A DNA stretch of 64,000 bases. It comes from an uncultured delta proteobacterium (lineage in GTDB: Bacteria; Myxococcota; Myxococcia; Myxococcales; Myxococcaceae). Position 1 is the stretch's first letter, and the number at the start of each line of letters is the position of its first letter. A model generated the notes under the pieces. The model did no database searches, had not been told where the DNA came from, and saw only the letters and a program-made list of their open reading frames with translations. Shown here piece by piece: positions 30,942 to 40,156 of the stretch. The stretch is from the NCBI GenBank assembly GCA_963776345.1, contig CAVZMH010000016.1, forward strand, positions 608,001 through 672,000, written 5' to 3'. Made by a program: the position numbers and the translations under genes.

Positions 30942-33052
30942 GCATGGTAGGAAGGACGTCCTTGGTGGCCCCGACGGAGCCCGTCCACGTCCTGGTGGTC
31001 GACGACGACCGCAACGTCCAGCGGATGCTGGCGGATGCGCTCACCAGGCAGGGCTTTCGCGTCACCGTCGAGCGGGACGGCGAGGCGGCGCTGGCGGCGT
31101 TCGAGCGCCATCCGTTCGACGTGGTGCTGCTCGACGTGCTGCTCCCGGCGCTGAACGGCTACGAGGTCGCCCGTCGCATCAAGAGCACCCCGCGCGGGGA
31201 GAGGACGCCGGTGCTGATGCTCTCCGGCATCTACAAGACCAAGATGCACCAAGCGCAGGCGGTGGAGCGCCACGGCGCCGCGGGGTTCGTCGAGAAGCCG
31301 TTCAAGCTGAACCAGCTCTTCGGGAAGCTGGAGGGCGTGCTCGGGGACCGGTTCCCCCAGCCGCCGCCGGCCCCTGCGGCGAACGGCGCGCCCGAGCCCG
31401 CCTCCGAGCCGCTGGCCGACCCGCGGGCCGAGGCCGAGGCCTCGCTGGTCGAGTTCACCTCGGCCGAGTCCACCTCCGCCGAGACCGGCGCGGCCGAGCC
31501 CGCGGGGCCGGCTGCCGACCGCGGCGACTTCCGGGGCCGTGCCTTCCCCGAGCTGCTGGCGGACCTGCACCGCCGCCGCGCGACCGGGGCCCTTCTTCTG
31601 CGACGCGACAAGGTGAAGAAGATCGTCTTCTTCCGCGGCGGGGCGCCCGAGAGCGTGAAGAGCAACCGCCTCTCGGAGTGCCTGGGCCGGGTGATGGTGC
31701 GCGAGCGGATGATCTCCGAGGCGGACTGCGAGGAGTCGCTGAAGCGCATGAAGGCCATGGGGCGCCAGCAGGGCACGGTGCTCATCGAGATGGGGTGCAT
31801 CAGCCCCCACAACCTCCGCTACGCGCTCGAGCTGCAGCTGCGACTGAAGCTGCTCGAGGTGTTCGGCTGGAGGAAGGGTGAGTTCCAGTTCAACCCCCGC
31901 GCCCAGCCGCCGGCGGAGACGGTGAGGCTCCAGATGTCCACCGCGGCCATCGTCTACGAGGGGGTGAGGCGAAGCTACGACGCCGCCCGGCTCCGCGATG
32001 CGCTCGGGGACATCGCCGCGAAGTGGGTGCACCCGGCGGAGGATCCGCTGTTCGCCGCGCAGGACATGTCGCTCGGCGAGGAGGAGTCGGGTCTCCTGGC
32101 GCTCATGGACGGGAGCCGGACGGTGCGAGAGCTCCGCCGCCGGGGTCCGCTGTCCCCGCTGGACACCGACCGGTTCCTGTACGCGCTCCTCGCCTCCCAG
32201 ATGGTGGAGCTGCGGACCGAGCGCCGGACCGGGCCTGCTCTGCCCCGGATCACCGCCGCCGCGGCGCCGGCCCCGGGCGACCAACCCTGGGACGACGAGG
32301 AGGAGGTCCTGGAGCTCGAGGACGAGGTCCCGGCGACGGACGACGAGGGACACCTCCGCGAGCGGCTCCTCGGGACGCTCGCCGCCATGCGCCGGATGGA
32401 CTACTTCGAGCTCCTCGGGCTCGCCCCGGACGCTCCGGCGCACACGGTGCGCTCCGCCGCGGTGGAGCTCCTGCGCGAGTACCGGGTGGACGACGCCGCC
32501 GGCTCGGCCGAGGTGCAGGGGCTGGTGCAGCAGATCACCGAGCTGGTGGGGAAGGCGCACGACACGCTGGCGGACCCGGGCGCACGCGCCCGCTACCGGA
32601 CGGAGCTGCGCGACGGCGGCGTCAAGCACGAGGTGGGCGACGCCGTGGGCCGGATGCTGGAGGCCGAGAGCGCCTTCCGGACCGGCGAGCAGCTCCTCGC
32701 CGGGGGTGACCTGCCGGGAGCGCACGCGGCGTTCGCCGAGGCGGCGCGGCTCCAGCCCGAGGAGGGGGAGTTCCTGGCCCTGCTCGGGTGGACCACCCAC
32801 GCCCGGGCTCCGGCCGACGGGGACGCCGCCCGTCAGGCGCTGACGCTTCTCGGCGGGGCGGTGGAGAGGAGCCCGGCCCTGGACCGGGCCCACCTGTACA
32901 AGGGGCACATCCACAAGGCGCTCGGCCAGACGGCGGAGGCGCAGGGCGAGTACGAGAAGGCCGTGGAGTGCAACCCGGGATGCACCGAGGCGCTCCGCGA
33001 GCTGAGCATCCTGACCTGGGCGGCGCGGCTCTCCCAGCAGAAGACGTCCTGA
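30938..33052 (+). CDS. Multidomain response regulator: receiver, DUF4388/PATAN-like, J-like and TPR domains
   Basis: VVDDD/LLDVLLP/EKPF receiver; RRATGALLL...KIVFFRGG...VKSN; DYFELLGL; C-terminal TPRs. Confidence 0.8.
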   Translation: MSMVGRTSLVAPTEPVHVLVVDDDRNVQRMLADALTRQGFRVTVERDGEAALAAFERHPFDVVLLDVLLPALNGYEVARRIKSTPRGERTPVLMLSGIYKTKMHQAQAVERHGAAGFVEKPFKLNQLFGKLEGVLGDRFPQPPPAPAANGAPEPASEPLADPRAEAEASLVEFTSAESTSAETGAAEPAGPAADRGDFRGRAFPELLADLHRRRATGALLLRRDKVKKIVFFRGGAPESVKSNRLSECLGRVMVRERMISEADCEESLKRMKAMGRQQGTVLIEMGCISPHNLRYALELQLRLKLLEVFGWRKGEFQFNPRAQPPAETVRLQMSTAAIVYEGVRRSYDAARLRDALGDIAAKWVHPAEDPLFAAQDMSLGEEESGLLALMDGSRTVRELRRRGPLSPLDTDRFLYALLASQMVELRTERRTGPALPRITAAAAPAPGDQPWDDEEEVLELEDEVPATDDEGHLRERLLGTLAAMRRMDYFELLGLAPDAPAHTVRSAAVELLREYRVDDAAGSAEVQGLVQQITELVGKAHDTLADPGARARYRTELRDGGVKHEVGDAVGRMLEAESAFRTGEQLLAGGDLPGAHAAFAEAARLQPEEGEFLALLGWTTHARAPADGDAARQALTLLGGAVERSPALDRAHLYKGHIHKALGQTAEAQGEYEKAVECNPGCTEALRELSILTWAARLSQQKTS

Positions 33053-33099
33053 AAGCCCTTTGACTGCGGGCCCCGCAGCGTGCGGAGGTTGGCCCCGGC

Positions 33100-34047
33100 A
33101 TGAGCTCGACCTCCAACGCGGTCCTGACCGCAGACAGCATCTGGCTCGACGGGAAGGTCGTCCCCTGGGCCCAGGGACAGGTGCCGATCATGACCCATGC
33201 CCTGCACTACGGGCTGGGGGTCTTCGAGGGCATCCGCGCCTACCGCACCCACGACGGCCGGCTGGCGGTGTTCCGGCTCCGCGAGCACATGAAGCGCTTC
33301 GCGGACTCCTGCCACATCATCCAGCTGTCGCTCCCCTACACCGAGGAGCAGCTCTGCGAGGCGTGCCTGGAGGTGCTCCGGGCCCAGCGGCAGCGCTTCG
33401 CCAACGGCGCCTACCTCCGGCCGATCGCCTTCATGGGCGACGGGGCGATGGGGCTCGGGGCGGTGAACCCGACGCGGGTGGCGATCACCGCCTGGGACTG
33501 GGGCGCGTACCTCGGCGACAAGGGGATGCGCGAGGGGATCCGGGCGAAGGTCTCGAGCTTCACCCGCATGCACGTCAACGTGAACATGGTCCGGGGGAAG
33601 ATCACCGGCCAGTACGTGAACAGCATCCTCGCCAAGCGCGAGGCGGTGCAGGCCGGCTACGACGAGGCCATCCTGCTCGACATTTCGGGCTTCGTGTCCG
33701 AGGCGTCGGGCGAGAACGTCTTCATGGTGAACAAGAAGGACATCGTGCGGACGCCGCCGCTGTCCTCGCCCATCCTGGCCGGCATCACCCGGCGAACGGT
33801 GCTCCGGATGCTGCGGGACATGGGGCACCCGGTGGAGGAGGTCACCTTCACCCGCGACGCCCTGTACATCTCCAACGAGGTGTTCTTCACCGGGACCGCG
33901 GCGGAGATCACCCCGGTGCGCGAGGTGGACAACCGGCGGATCGGCACCGGGGCGCCGGGGCCGGTCGTGCGGAAGGTGCAGGAGGCGTACTTCCGCGTCG
34001 TCCGGGGGCAGGAGCCCCGTTACGCGGAGTGGCTCACCTACGTCTGA
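33100..34047 (+). CDS. ilvE: Branched-chain amino acid aminotransferase
   Basis: HALHYGLGVFEGIRAY, KITGQYVNS, EASGENVF, LAGITR, FFTGTAAEITPV. Confidence 0.95.
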   Translation: MSSTSNAVLTADSIWLDGKVVPWAQGQVPIMTHALHYGLGVFEGIRAYRTHDGRLAVFRLREHMKRFADSCHIIQLSLPYTEEQLCEACLEVLRAQRQRFANGAYLRPIAFMGDGAMGLGAVNPTRVAITAWDWGAYLGDKGMREGIRAKVSSFTRMHVNVNMVRGKITGQYVNSILAKREAVQAGYDEAILLDISGFVSEASGENVFMVNKKDIVRTPPLSSPILAGITRRTVLRMLRDMGHPVEEVTFTRDALYISNEVFFTGTAAEITPVREVDNRRIGTGAPGPVVRKVQEAYFRVVRGQEPRYAEWLTYV

Positions 34048-34149
34048 ACCCCGGCCACCCCGGCCCGAGGGGGCGGCCTGAGGTCGAGCCCGGCGCGCCT
34101 CGCCCCGCCCGCGAGCCGTCCGGCGAGCGCCTGGACGAAGGAACGACCC

Positions 34150-34178
34150 TTGCACGGTGCACCTGGGACGATTAGCCT
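34150..34178 (+). promoter_or_regulatory. Putative sigma70 promoter of the Fic-like gene
   Basis: TTGCAC-N17-TAGCCT. Confidence 0.5.
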
Positions 34179-34208
34179 CCCTCGCCCTCTGTTTCGCGCC
34201 CGCCCCCC

Positions 34209-35042
34209 TTGAAGGAACGCTACCAGGACATCGACGACAAGAACGACGCGCTTCGGGAGCTCCTCGGCGAGCACCCGAAGGCGCCGGCGTTCATGGCGCG
34301 CTTCGAGCGGGCGTGGGTCTACCACGACAACGCGCTCGAGGGGGTGGTCTACAACGAGCAGGAGCTCGCCGCGGGGCTCGATCCGAGCGGCGCGCAGCCC
34401 GAGGCCTCGCTCCTCCCCGCGGTGCTGGACATCCGCAACCACAAGGCGGCCATCGACTACATCCGCGACGAGGCGCGGACCTCGGGCCGCAAGGCCTCCA
34501 CGGTTCCGATGGCCACGGTGAAGCGGATCCACGACCTCCTCCTGGGCAACACGCCGGAGGCGCAGGCGATGCGGGCGCAGCTGGAGCGGCGCGAGCGCAC
34601 GGAGAAGGAGCTGGCGAAGGAGCGCGAGCGGGCCGGGCTGCGGAAGGACATGCCGCTGCACCGCACCTACTTCCACGACATCGCGCAGCCGGCGAAGATC
34701 CAGAGCCTCCTGGACAAGCTGATCGAGTTCACCGGGACCACCGAGTTCCGCGAGTACCACCCCATCAAGCAGGCGGCGACGTTCCAGTTCCAGTTCCTCC
34801 AGGTGTTCCCGTTCAGCGAGCACTCGGGGAAGGTGTCGCGGATGACGTCGAACCTCATCCTCGCCCGGCACGGGTACCTGCCGTGCGTCATCCACTCCAT
34901 CGACCGGCAGCGGTACTACGAGTCGTTCCGGGGGACGCCGGCCTCGTTCCGGGTGCTGATGATGGACGCGATGGAGAACTCGCTGGACAACGGGCTGAAG
35001 TTCTTCCGCGATCAGGCGCGGCGCTACCGCGCCATCAATTGA
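34209..35042 (+). CDS. Fic/DOC-fold protein with non-canonical active site
   Basis: YHDNALEG (inhibitory-helix-like), IRNHKAAIDYI, HPIKQAA, FPFSEHSGKVSR in place of HPFxDGNGRxxR. Confidence 0.8.
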   Translation: MKERYQDIDDKNDALRELLGEHPKAPAFMARFERAWVYHDNALEGVVYNEQELAAGLDPSGAQPEASLLPAVLDIRNHKAAIDYIRDEARTSGRKASTVPMATVKRIHDLLLGNTPEAQAMRAQLERRERTEKELAKERERAGLRKDMPLHRTYFHDIAQPAKIQSLLDKLIEFTGTTEFREYHPIKQAATFQFQFLQVFPFSEHSGKVSRMTSNLILARHGYLPCVIHSIDRQRYYESFRGTPASFRVLMMDAMENSLDNGLKFFRDQARRYRAIN

Positions 35043-35177
35043 CCCACGGCGCGCAGCCCCCTCCCCGACGGGGGGGGCCATCGGCCGTCCGGCGGTCCTG
35101 GAAACAAAGAATCCAGCCCGTTATTCAAGGGGGGCTCCGGCTTCTCCATTCGTTGATCCGGAAGTAAAAGGCCGCCC

Positions 35178-36302
35178 ATGCCGTCTGCTTCATCCTCCTC
35201 GAGCCGCTCCAAGGCCGAGGACCCTCCCAGTCCGGAACGCGCGCTCGCCGAGCTGCCGGTCAGGACCAAGCTCGACGGGCTGCTGAAGCTGGCGCGGGGG
35301 CGCCGGCGGGTGTTGGTCCTGACCCACGACAACCCGGACCCGGACAGCATCGCCGCGGCGGTGGCGCTGGCCTTCCTGCTCGAGAAGCGGGCCGGGGTGG
35401 AGGCCCGGGTGGTGTACGGGGGCATCATCGGCCGGTCCGAGAACCTCGCCCTGGTGAAGGTGCTGCGGCTCCCCATCGTCCCGGTGAGCCAGGTGGTGTT
35501 CGACGAGCACGACCTCCTGGCGCTGGTGGACACGCAACCGCCGGTGGGGAACCACTCGGTGCCGGCACGCTACCCGGTGGAGGTGGTGCTCGATCACCAT
35601 CCCCTGCGCGACGAGAGCCTCGGAGCGCCCTTCGCCGACGTCGGCGGGGAGTACGGGGCCACCTCCACGATGGTGGTGGAGTACCTGCGCGCGGCGAAGC
35701 TCGAGCCGTCGGTGGAGGTGGCGACCGCCCTGTTCTACGGCATCAAGACCGACAGCCGCGACCTGGGGCGGCAGACGACGCCGGCGGACATCGACGCGTA
35801 CCTCTGGCTGTTCCCGCGGGTGGACAAGCATCTGCTCGGGCGCATCGAGCATCCGGACCTGCCGGCGGAGTACTTCCTGCTGTACCACTCGGCCATCGCC
35901 CGGGCCCGGCTGTACGGACCGACCGTGGTGACGGTGGATCTGGGCGAGGTCTACTCGCCGGACATGGTGGCCGAGGTGGCGGAGCGGCTCAGCTTCCTCG
36001 AGGGGATGAAGTGGTCGCTGGCGATGGGGACCTTCCGCGGGCAGCTCTACACCTCACTGCGGGTGCGCGACCGCCGGATGAACGCCGGGCGGCTGATGCG
36101 GGACATCTGCGAGAACCGCGGCGGGTCGGCCGGCGGTCACGGGAGCATGGCTGGCGCGCGGCTCCCGCTACCGCCCGGGCGCGAGAAGGCGGCGGCGCTG
36201 CGCCGTGAGCTCACCCTCGCCTTCCTCGAGGCGTTCGGGGTGAAGGGCGAGCGGCCGCGGGCGCTGCTGCTGGCCGGGAAGACCGCCGCCTTCGAGCGGT
36301 GA
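35178..36302 (+). CDS. DHH/DHHA1 phosphoesterase (NrnA-like)
   Basis: THDNPDPDS, LVDT, LDHH, GIKTDS, GSAGGHGSMAG. Confidence 0.9.
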   Translation: MPSASSSSSRSKAEDPPSPERALAELPVRTKLDGLLKLARGRRRVLVLTHDNPDPDSIAAAVALAFLLEKRAGVEARVVYGGIIGRSENLALVKVLRLPIVPVSQVVFDEHDLLALVDTQPPVGNHSVPARYPVEVVLDHHPLRDESLGAPFADVGGEYGATSTMVVEYLRAAKLEPSVEVATALFYGIKTDSRDLGRQTTPADIDAYLWLFPRVDKHLLGRIEHPDLPAEYFLLYHSAIARARLYGPTVVTVDLGEVYSPDMVAEVAERLSFLEGMKWSLAMGTFRGQLYTSLRVRDRRMNAGRLMRDICENRGGSAGGHGSMAGARLPLPPGREKAAALRRELTLAFLEAFGVKGERPRALLLAGKTAAFER

Positions 36303-37387
36303 CCTACCTCGACCACAACGCCGGCACGCCGCTGCACCCCGAGGTCGCGGACTTCCTCGCCGCCGCCTTCCGGCGCGAGCCGGCGGGCAATCCGAGCAGC
36401 GTGCACGGGGCGGGCAGGGCGGCGCGGGCGCGGCTGGACGAGGCGCGGGCCCGGGTGGCCCGGATCCTCGGCCACTCTCCGCGGGAGATCCTCTTCACCG
36501 CCTCGGGCTCGGAGGCCTGCGCCACGGCGGTGCTCGGGCTCGGGCAGAACGGGGCGCTGGTCACCAGCGCCATCGAGCACCCGTGCGTGCTGCTCGCCGC
36601 CGGGCGGCGGGGGACACCGGTGGTGACGGTGTCACCCGGGGCGGATGGGCGCGTCCCGCCGGGCGCGTTCGAGGCGGCGCTGGCGGCCGGCGGGGCGGCG
36701 CTGTGCGCGCTGCAGGGCGCGAACAACGAGACCGGGGTGGTGCAGCCGGTCGACGAGGTGGCGGGGCTGGCGCGGGCGCGCGGGGTGGCGAGCTTCGTGG
36801 ACGCGGTGCAGGTCCCCGGGCGGCTGCCGCCGGTGTTCGAGGCGGACGCGGTGGCGTACTCGGCGCACAAGTTCGGAGGACCGGCCGGGGTGGGCGTGCT
36901 CGCGGTGCGGCGGGGGCAAAAGCTCGCACCGCTGGTGCCGGGGCACCAGGAGGCCGGTCTCCGGGGAGGGACGCTGTCGGTGGTCCTGTGCCAGGCGGCG
37001 GCGCTGGCGCTGGAGCTGGCGGAGGCGGAGCGGTCGAGCGAGGCGACGCGGCTGGCCGCGCTGCGAGACGGCTTCGAGCGGGCGCTGCAGGGGTTGCGCC
37101 CGGGGGTGCGGGTCCACGGGGCGGCGGCTCCGCGGCTGTGCAACACCAGCCAGGTGTGCTTTCCGGGGACGGACGCCGAGACGCTGCTCATCGCCCTGGA
37201 CCTGGAGGGGTTCCGCGTGTCGGTGGGGGCGGCGTGCGCCTCGGGGACGATGAGGGCCTCGCCGGTGCTGCTGGCGATGGGGGTGCTGCCTGCGGACGCG
37301 CGGAGCTCCATCCGCTTCTCGTTCGGGCGGGACACCACCGAGGCCGACCTGACCGCCCTCCTCCAGGCCCTCGATCGCGCCCTCTGA
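36299..37387 (+). CDS. Cysteine desulfurase (IscS/NifS class V PLP)
   Basis: YLDHNAGTP, GNPSSVH, NNETGVVQP, SAHKFGGP, GAACASG catalytic Cys. Confidence 0.9.
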   Translation: MTYLDHNAGTPLHPEVADFLAAAFRREPAGNPSSVHGAGRAARARLDEARARVARILGHSPREILFTASGSEACATAVLGLGQNGALVTSAIEHPCVLLAAGRRGTPVVTVSPGADGRVPPGAFEAALAAGGAALCALQGANNETGVVQPVDEVAGLARARGVASFVDAVQVPGRLPPVFEADAVAYSAHKFGGPAGVGVLAVRRGQKLAPLVPGHQEAGLRGGTLSVVLCQAAALALELAEAERSSEATRLAALRDGFERALQGLRPGVRVHGAAAPRLCNTSQVCFPGTDAETLLIALDLEGFRVSVGAACASGTMRASPVLLAMGVLPADARSSIRFSFGRDTTEADLTALLQALDRAL

Positions 37388-37394
37388 GACTCGC

Positions 37395-38336
37395 TCAGCC
37401 GGCGGCGCCGAAGAGGCCGCGGACCACCGCGGCGATCGCCAGGGGCGTGCCGATGCGCTCGTCGCAGTGGGGCTCGAGCGCCTCCGCGAACGCCGCCGCG
37501 GTGGGGAACCGCGACCGGGGGTCCGCCGCCAGCGCGCGGTCCACCACCGCCGCGAGCCCGGCGCTCACCTCCGGCCGGCGCTCCCGCACCCCGGCCCGCC
37601 GCCCCGTCCGGATCGCGCCGAAGACCTCCTGCGGGCTTCCTCCCTGGAAGGGCCGCTCGAGCGTCAGCAGCTCGAACGCCACCACCGCCGTCGCCCACAG
37701 GTCCACCGCCTGGGTCACCTCACCGGCCGTCGCCTCCGGCGAGAGGTAGTAGGGCTTGCCGGCGATCACCGCGTCGCGCACTCCCGACTTCACCCGGACC
37801 CGCGCCACGCCGAAGTCGCCGAGCTTCACCTCGCCGACCCGGGAGATGAAGACGTTGGACGGCGAGACGTCGCAGTGCACGAGGTGCAGCGGCGTCCCGC
37901 TCGCGCTCTCGGCCCGGTGCGCATAGTCGAGCGCCTCGAGCAGCACCCGGGTGAGGTAGACCGCGAAGTCGATGGGCAGGGCGATCCCCTGCTTGCGGCA
38001 GCGGCGCAGCACCTGGCCGAGATCGCGGCCGTCCACCCACTCCATGGCCAGGTAGGCCACGCCTCCGATGGAGCCCACGTCGATGGTCTGGACGATGTTG
38101 GGGTGCCGGAGCGCGATGGACAGCTCGGCCTCCCGGGCGAAGAGCTGCACGTACTCCGGCGCCCGGGCCAGCTGGGGGAGCAGCCGCTTGATGGCGACCT
38201 GGGTCCCCGCCCAGGGCCCGTCCAGGGTCCGCGCGCGCACCACCTCCGCCATGCCGCCCTTCCCCAGCGGAGCGAGGATCTCGTAGTGCCCGAACCGCGC
38301 GCCGGACGACCAGAGGACGACCTCGGACGGCTTCAC
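37395..38336 (-). CDS. Hanks-type Ser/Thr protein kinase (catalytic domain only)
   Basis: LGKGGMAEV, VAIKRL, HCDVSPSN, DFG, YLSPE; GTG overlaps upstream stop. Confidence 0.9.
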   Translation of the reverse strand: MKPSEVVLWSSGARFGHYEILAPLGKGGMAEVVRARTLDGPWAGTQVAIKRLLPQLARAPEYVQLFAREAELSIALRHPNIVQTIDVGSIGGVAYLAMEWVDGRDLGQVLRRCRKQGIALPIDFAVYLTRVLLEALDYAHRAESASGTPLHLVHCDVSPSNVFISRVGEVKLGDFGVARVRVKSGVRDAVIAGKPYYLSPEATAGEVTQAVDLWATAVVAFELLTLERPFQGGSPQEVFGAIRTGRRAGVRERRPEVSAGLAAVVDRALAADPRSRFPTAAAFAEALEPHCDERIGTPLAIAAVVRGLFGAAG

Positions 38337-39148
38337 CGTCGCCGCTCCTCGTTGGTCTTGGTCCGGACGAGCAACCCCGAGAACCGCGGATCGCCGCGCA
38401 GCGGCGCCAGGTCCGGGTCGTGCAGCAGATCGGCCGACGCCGCGAAGCCCCGGTCGATCGAGTCGCTCAGGCTCGCCAGCGCCTCGTCGACGTGCCCGAG
38501 TCTCGCCTGCGCGCAGGCGAGGTTGTAGGAGAGGAGGACGCCCGGAGCGAAGGACCGCGCCTTCTCGTACGCCGCCACCGCCCCCGCGGCGTCGCCCAGC
38601 AGCACCGACGAGAGCCCCAGCCCCAGCCACGCCTTCCCCGGGTCCTCCTTGGCCGCGAGCGCCTTCTGGAACTCGGCCTGGGCCGCCTTCCCCCGGCGGA
38701 GCTGGAGCAGCTTCTCGCCCGCCTCGAGGTGGTGGGTGAGGGGCGGCCGGCCGGCCGGCTCGGCGAGCGGGGCGAGGATCAACCGCCCTCGCTCCAGGCC
38801 TGGCGATTCACAACCCGGCACCAGAGGAACGTCGGCGACCACCGTGCCGTTCGCCCCCACGTGGACCCCGAGGTAGGGGACGGTGCGCTCTCCGCAAGTC
38901 GTACAGAGCGTCAGCCGGCCGACCAGCACGTCGCCCTCCCAGGCCGCGTCCACCACCGCTCGCCCGGACTCGAAGCCGCAGGGGTTCGACTCGCCCGCCC
39001 GCCCGAGCACGTGCTCGTTCACCGCCTGCCAGCTCAGGACTCCCTTGCTGCCCCACCGCGCGCGCGAGGCGAGCAGGGGCACGGCCCCGCGCGCCGGTCC
39101 GGCACCGAGCACTGCACAGAGCGTGGTGGCGAGCAGGGACCGGGTCAC
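38333..39148 (-). CDS. Secreted TPR protein
   Basis: Signal-like N-terminus; KAWLGLG, YNLACAQARLG...DPDLAPLRGDPRF. Confidence 0.7.
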   Translation of the reverse strand: MTRSLLATTLCAVLGAGPARGAVPLLASRARWGSKGVLSWQAVNEHVLGRAGESNPCGFESGRAVVDAAWEGDVLVGRLTLCTTCGERTVPYLGVHVGANGTVVADVPLVPGCESPGLERGRLILAPLAEPAGRPPLTHHLEAGEKLLQLRRGKAAQAEFQKALAAKEDPGKAWLGLGLSSVLLGDAAGAVAAYEKARSFAPGVLLSYNLACAQARLGHVDEALASLSDSIDRGFAASADLLHDPDLAPLRGDPRFSGLLVRTKTNEERRR

Positions 39149-39228
39149 AGGACTTGGATCTCGACGATGCTGGCACGAGCGCCGCAGCCGATGCCAGCCA
39201 CGGGCGGGAAGAGAGGCTCCAGGTTCCC

Positions 39229-39257
39229 TTGACCCCCCTCGGGGCCGTCCTTATTGT
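39229..39257 (+). promoter_or_regulatory. Sigma70 promoter upstream of 6S RNA
   Basis: TTGACC-N17-TATTGT. Confidence 0.65.
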
Positions 39258-39296
39258 CGACGGCGACCGGTCGGAGGCCGGAACCCTTGCGAGCTT

Positions 39297-39497
39297 GTCC
39301 CCTGCGGGGTGCGTGATGTGCAGCAGAAATTCGAACCGATACGTCCATTCCGGGGGCCGTACCGGGGTTCCATGCGTCAGGCCCGGGGCGGCCGGCACCC
39401 GCCGACTCCCCGGGAGACCTACGGCACCTCACCTCGGCTCCCACCTGGCTCAACTGGGTTCAATGGACGCTGCGCACACGGCCCAGCGGCGGGGGAC
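39297..39497 (+). ncRNA. ssrS: 6S RNA
   Basis: About 200-nt region closed by complementary ends (gtcccctgc...gcgggggac; gtgcagc/gctgcgc; cgaacc/ggttca), directly upstream of ygfA as is classical; followed by a T run. Confidence 0.8.
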
Positions 39498-39541
39498 GTT
39501 TTTTCTGGAGAGGTGAGAGGCTGGCGACGAACGGGCGGGAG

Positions 39542-40156
39542 ATGGGAAGGGACGAGGGGGCACTGCGCAAGGCCACGCTCCGCGAGCAGCTCACCGCCCG
39601 CCGGAAGGCGCTCAGCGCCGAGCTGGTCGACACCCGGGGCCTGAAGATCCAGGCGCGATTCCTGGCGACCCCCTACTACCACCACGCCCGGACCGTCGCG
39701 CTCTACGCGCCGATCCGGGGCGAAGTTCCGACCCATGACATCTTCGCCGCTGGCCTCGCCGACGGGAAGGTGATCTGTTACCCGCTGAGCCACGTGCGTG
39801 GGCGGGTCCTCTCGTTCCGTGCGGTCCGGAGCGAGGGCGAGCTCGAGCCCGGCCGCCTGGGAGTGCGCGAGCCCGCCGACGCCGCGGAGCTCGTCCCGGT
39901 GGAGCAGATCGATCTCTTCGTCGTGCCCGGCCTCGGGTTCACGCCGGACGGCAAGCGCCTCGGCCGCGGCGGCGGGTACTACGACGCGACGCTGAAGGCA
40001 GGCAGCACCTCCAGCCGCCGGGTGGGGCTCGCCTTCGCCGAGCAGATGGTCGACGAGCTCCCGACCAACGAGGACGACGTCGACGTCGACCTGGTGGTCA
40101 CCGAGAACGAGGTCTTCCGCGGCCTGGCCCGGCCCCCCGGGTTCGCGGCCAGGTGA
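39542..40156 (+). CDS. ygfA: 5-formyltetrahydrofolate cyclo-ligase
   Basis: VALYAPIRGEV, GVREP, VVPGLGF...RLGRGGGYYD. Confidence 0.93.
   Translation: MGRDEGALRKATLREQLTARRKALSAELVDTRGLKIQARFLATPYYHHARTVALYAPIRGEVPTHDIFAAGLADGKVICYPLSHVRGRVLSFRAVRSEGELEPGRLGVREPADAAELVPVEQIDLFVVPGLGFTPDGKRLGRGGGYYDATLKAGSTSSRRVGLAFAEQMVDELPTNEDDVDVDLVVTENEVFRGLARPPGFAAR

Noticed and set aside
34209..35042. Fic/Doc toxin-antitoxin module
   Set aside because: No small antitoxin ORF upstream and the catalytic His is absent
35056..35078. Intrinsic terminator after the Fic-like gene
   Set aside because: GC hairpin present but no U tract
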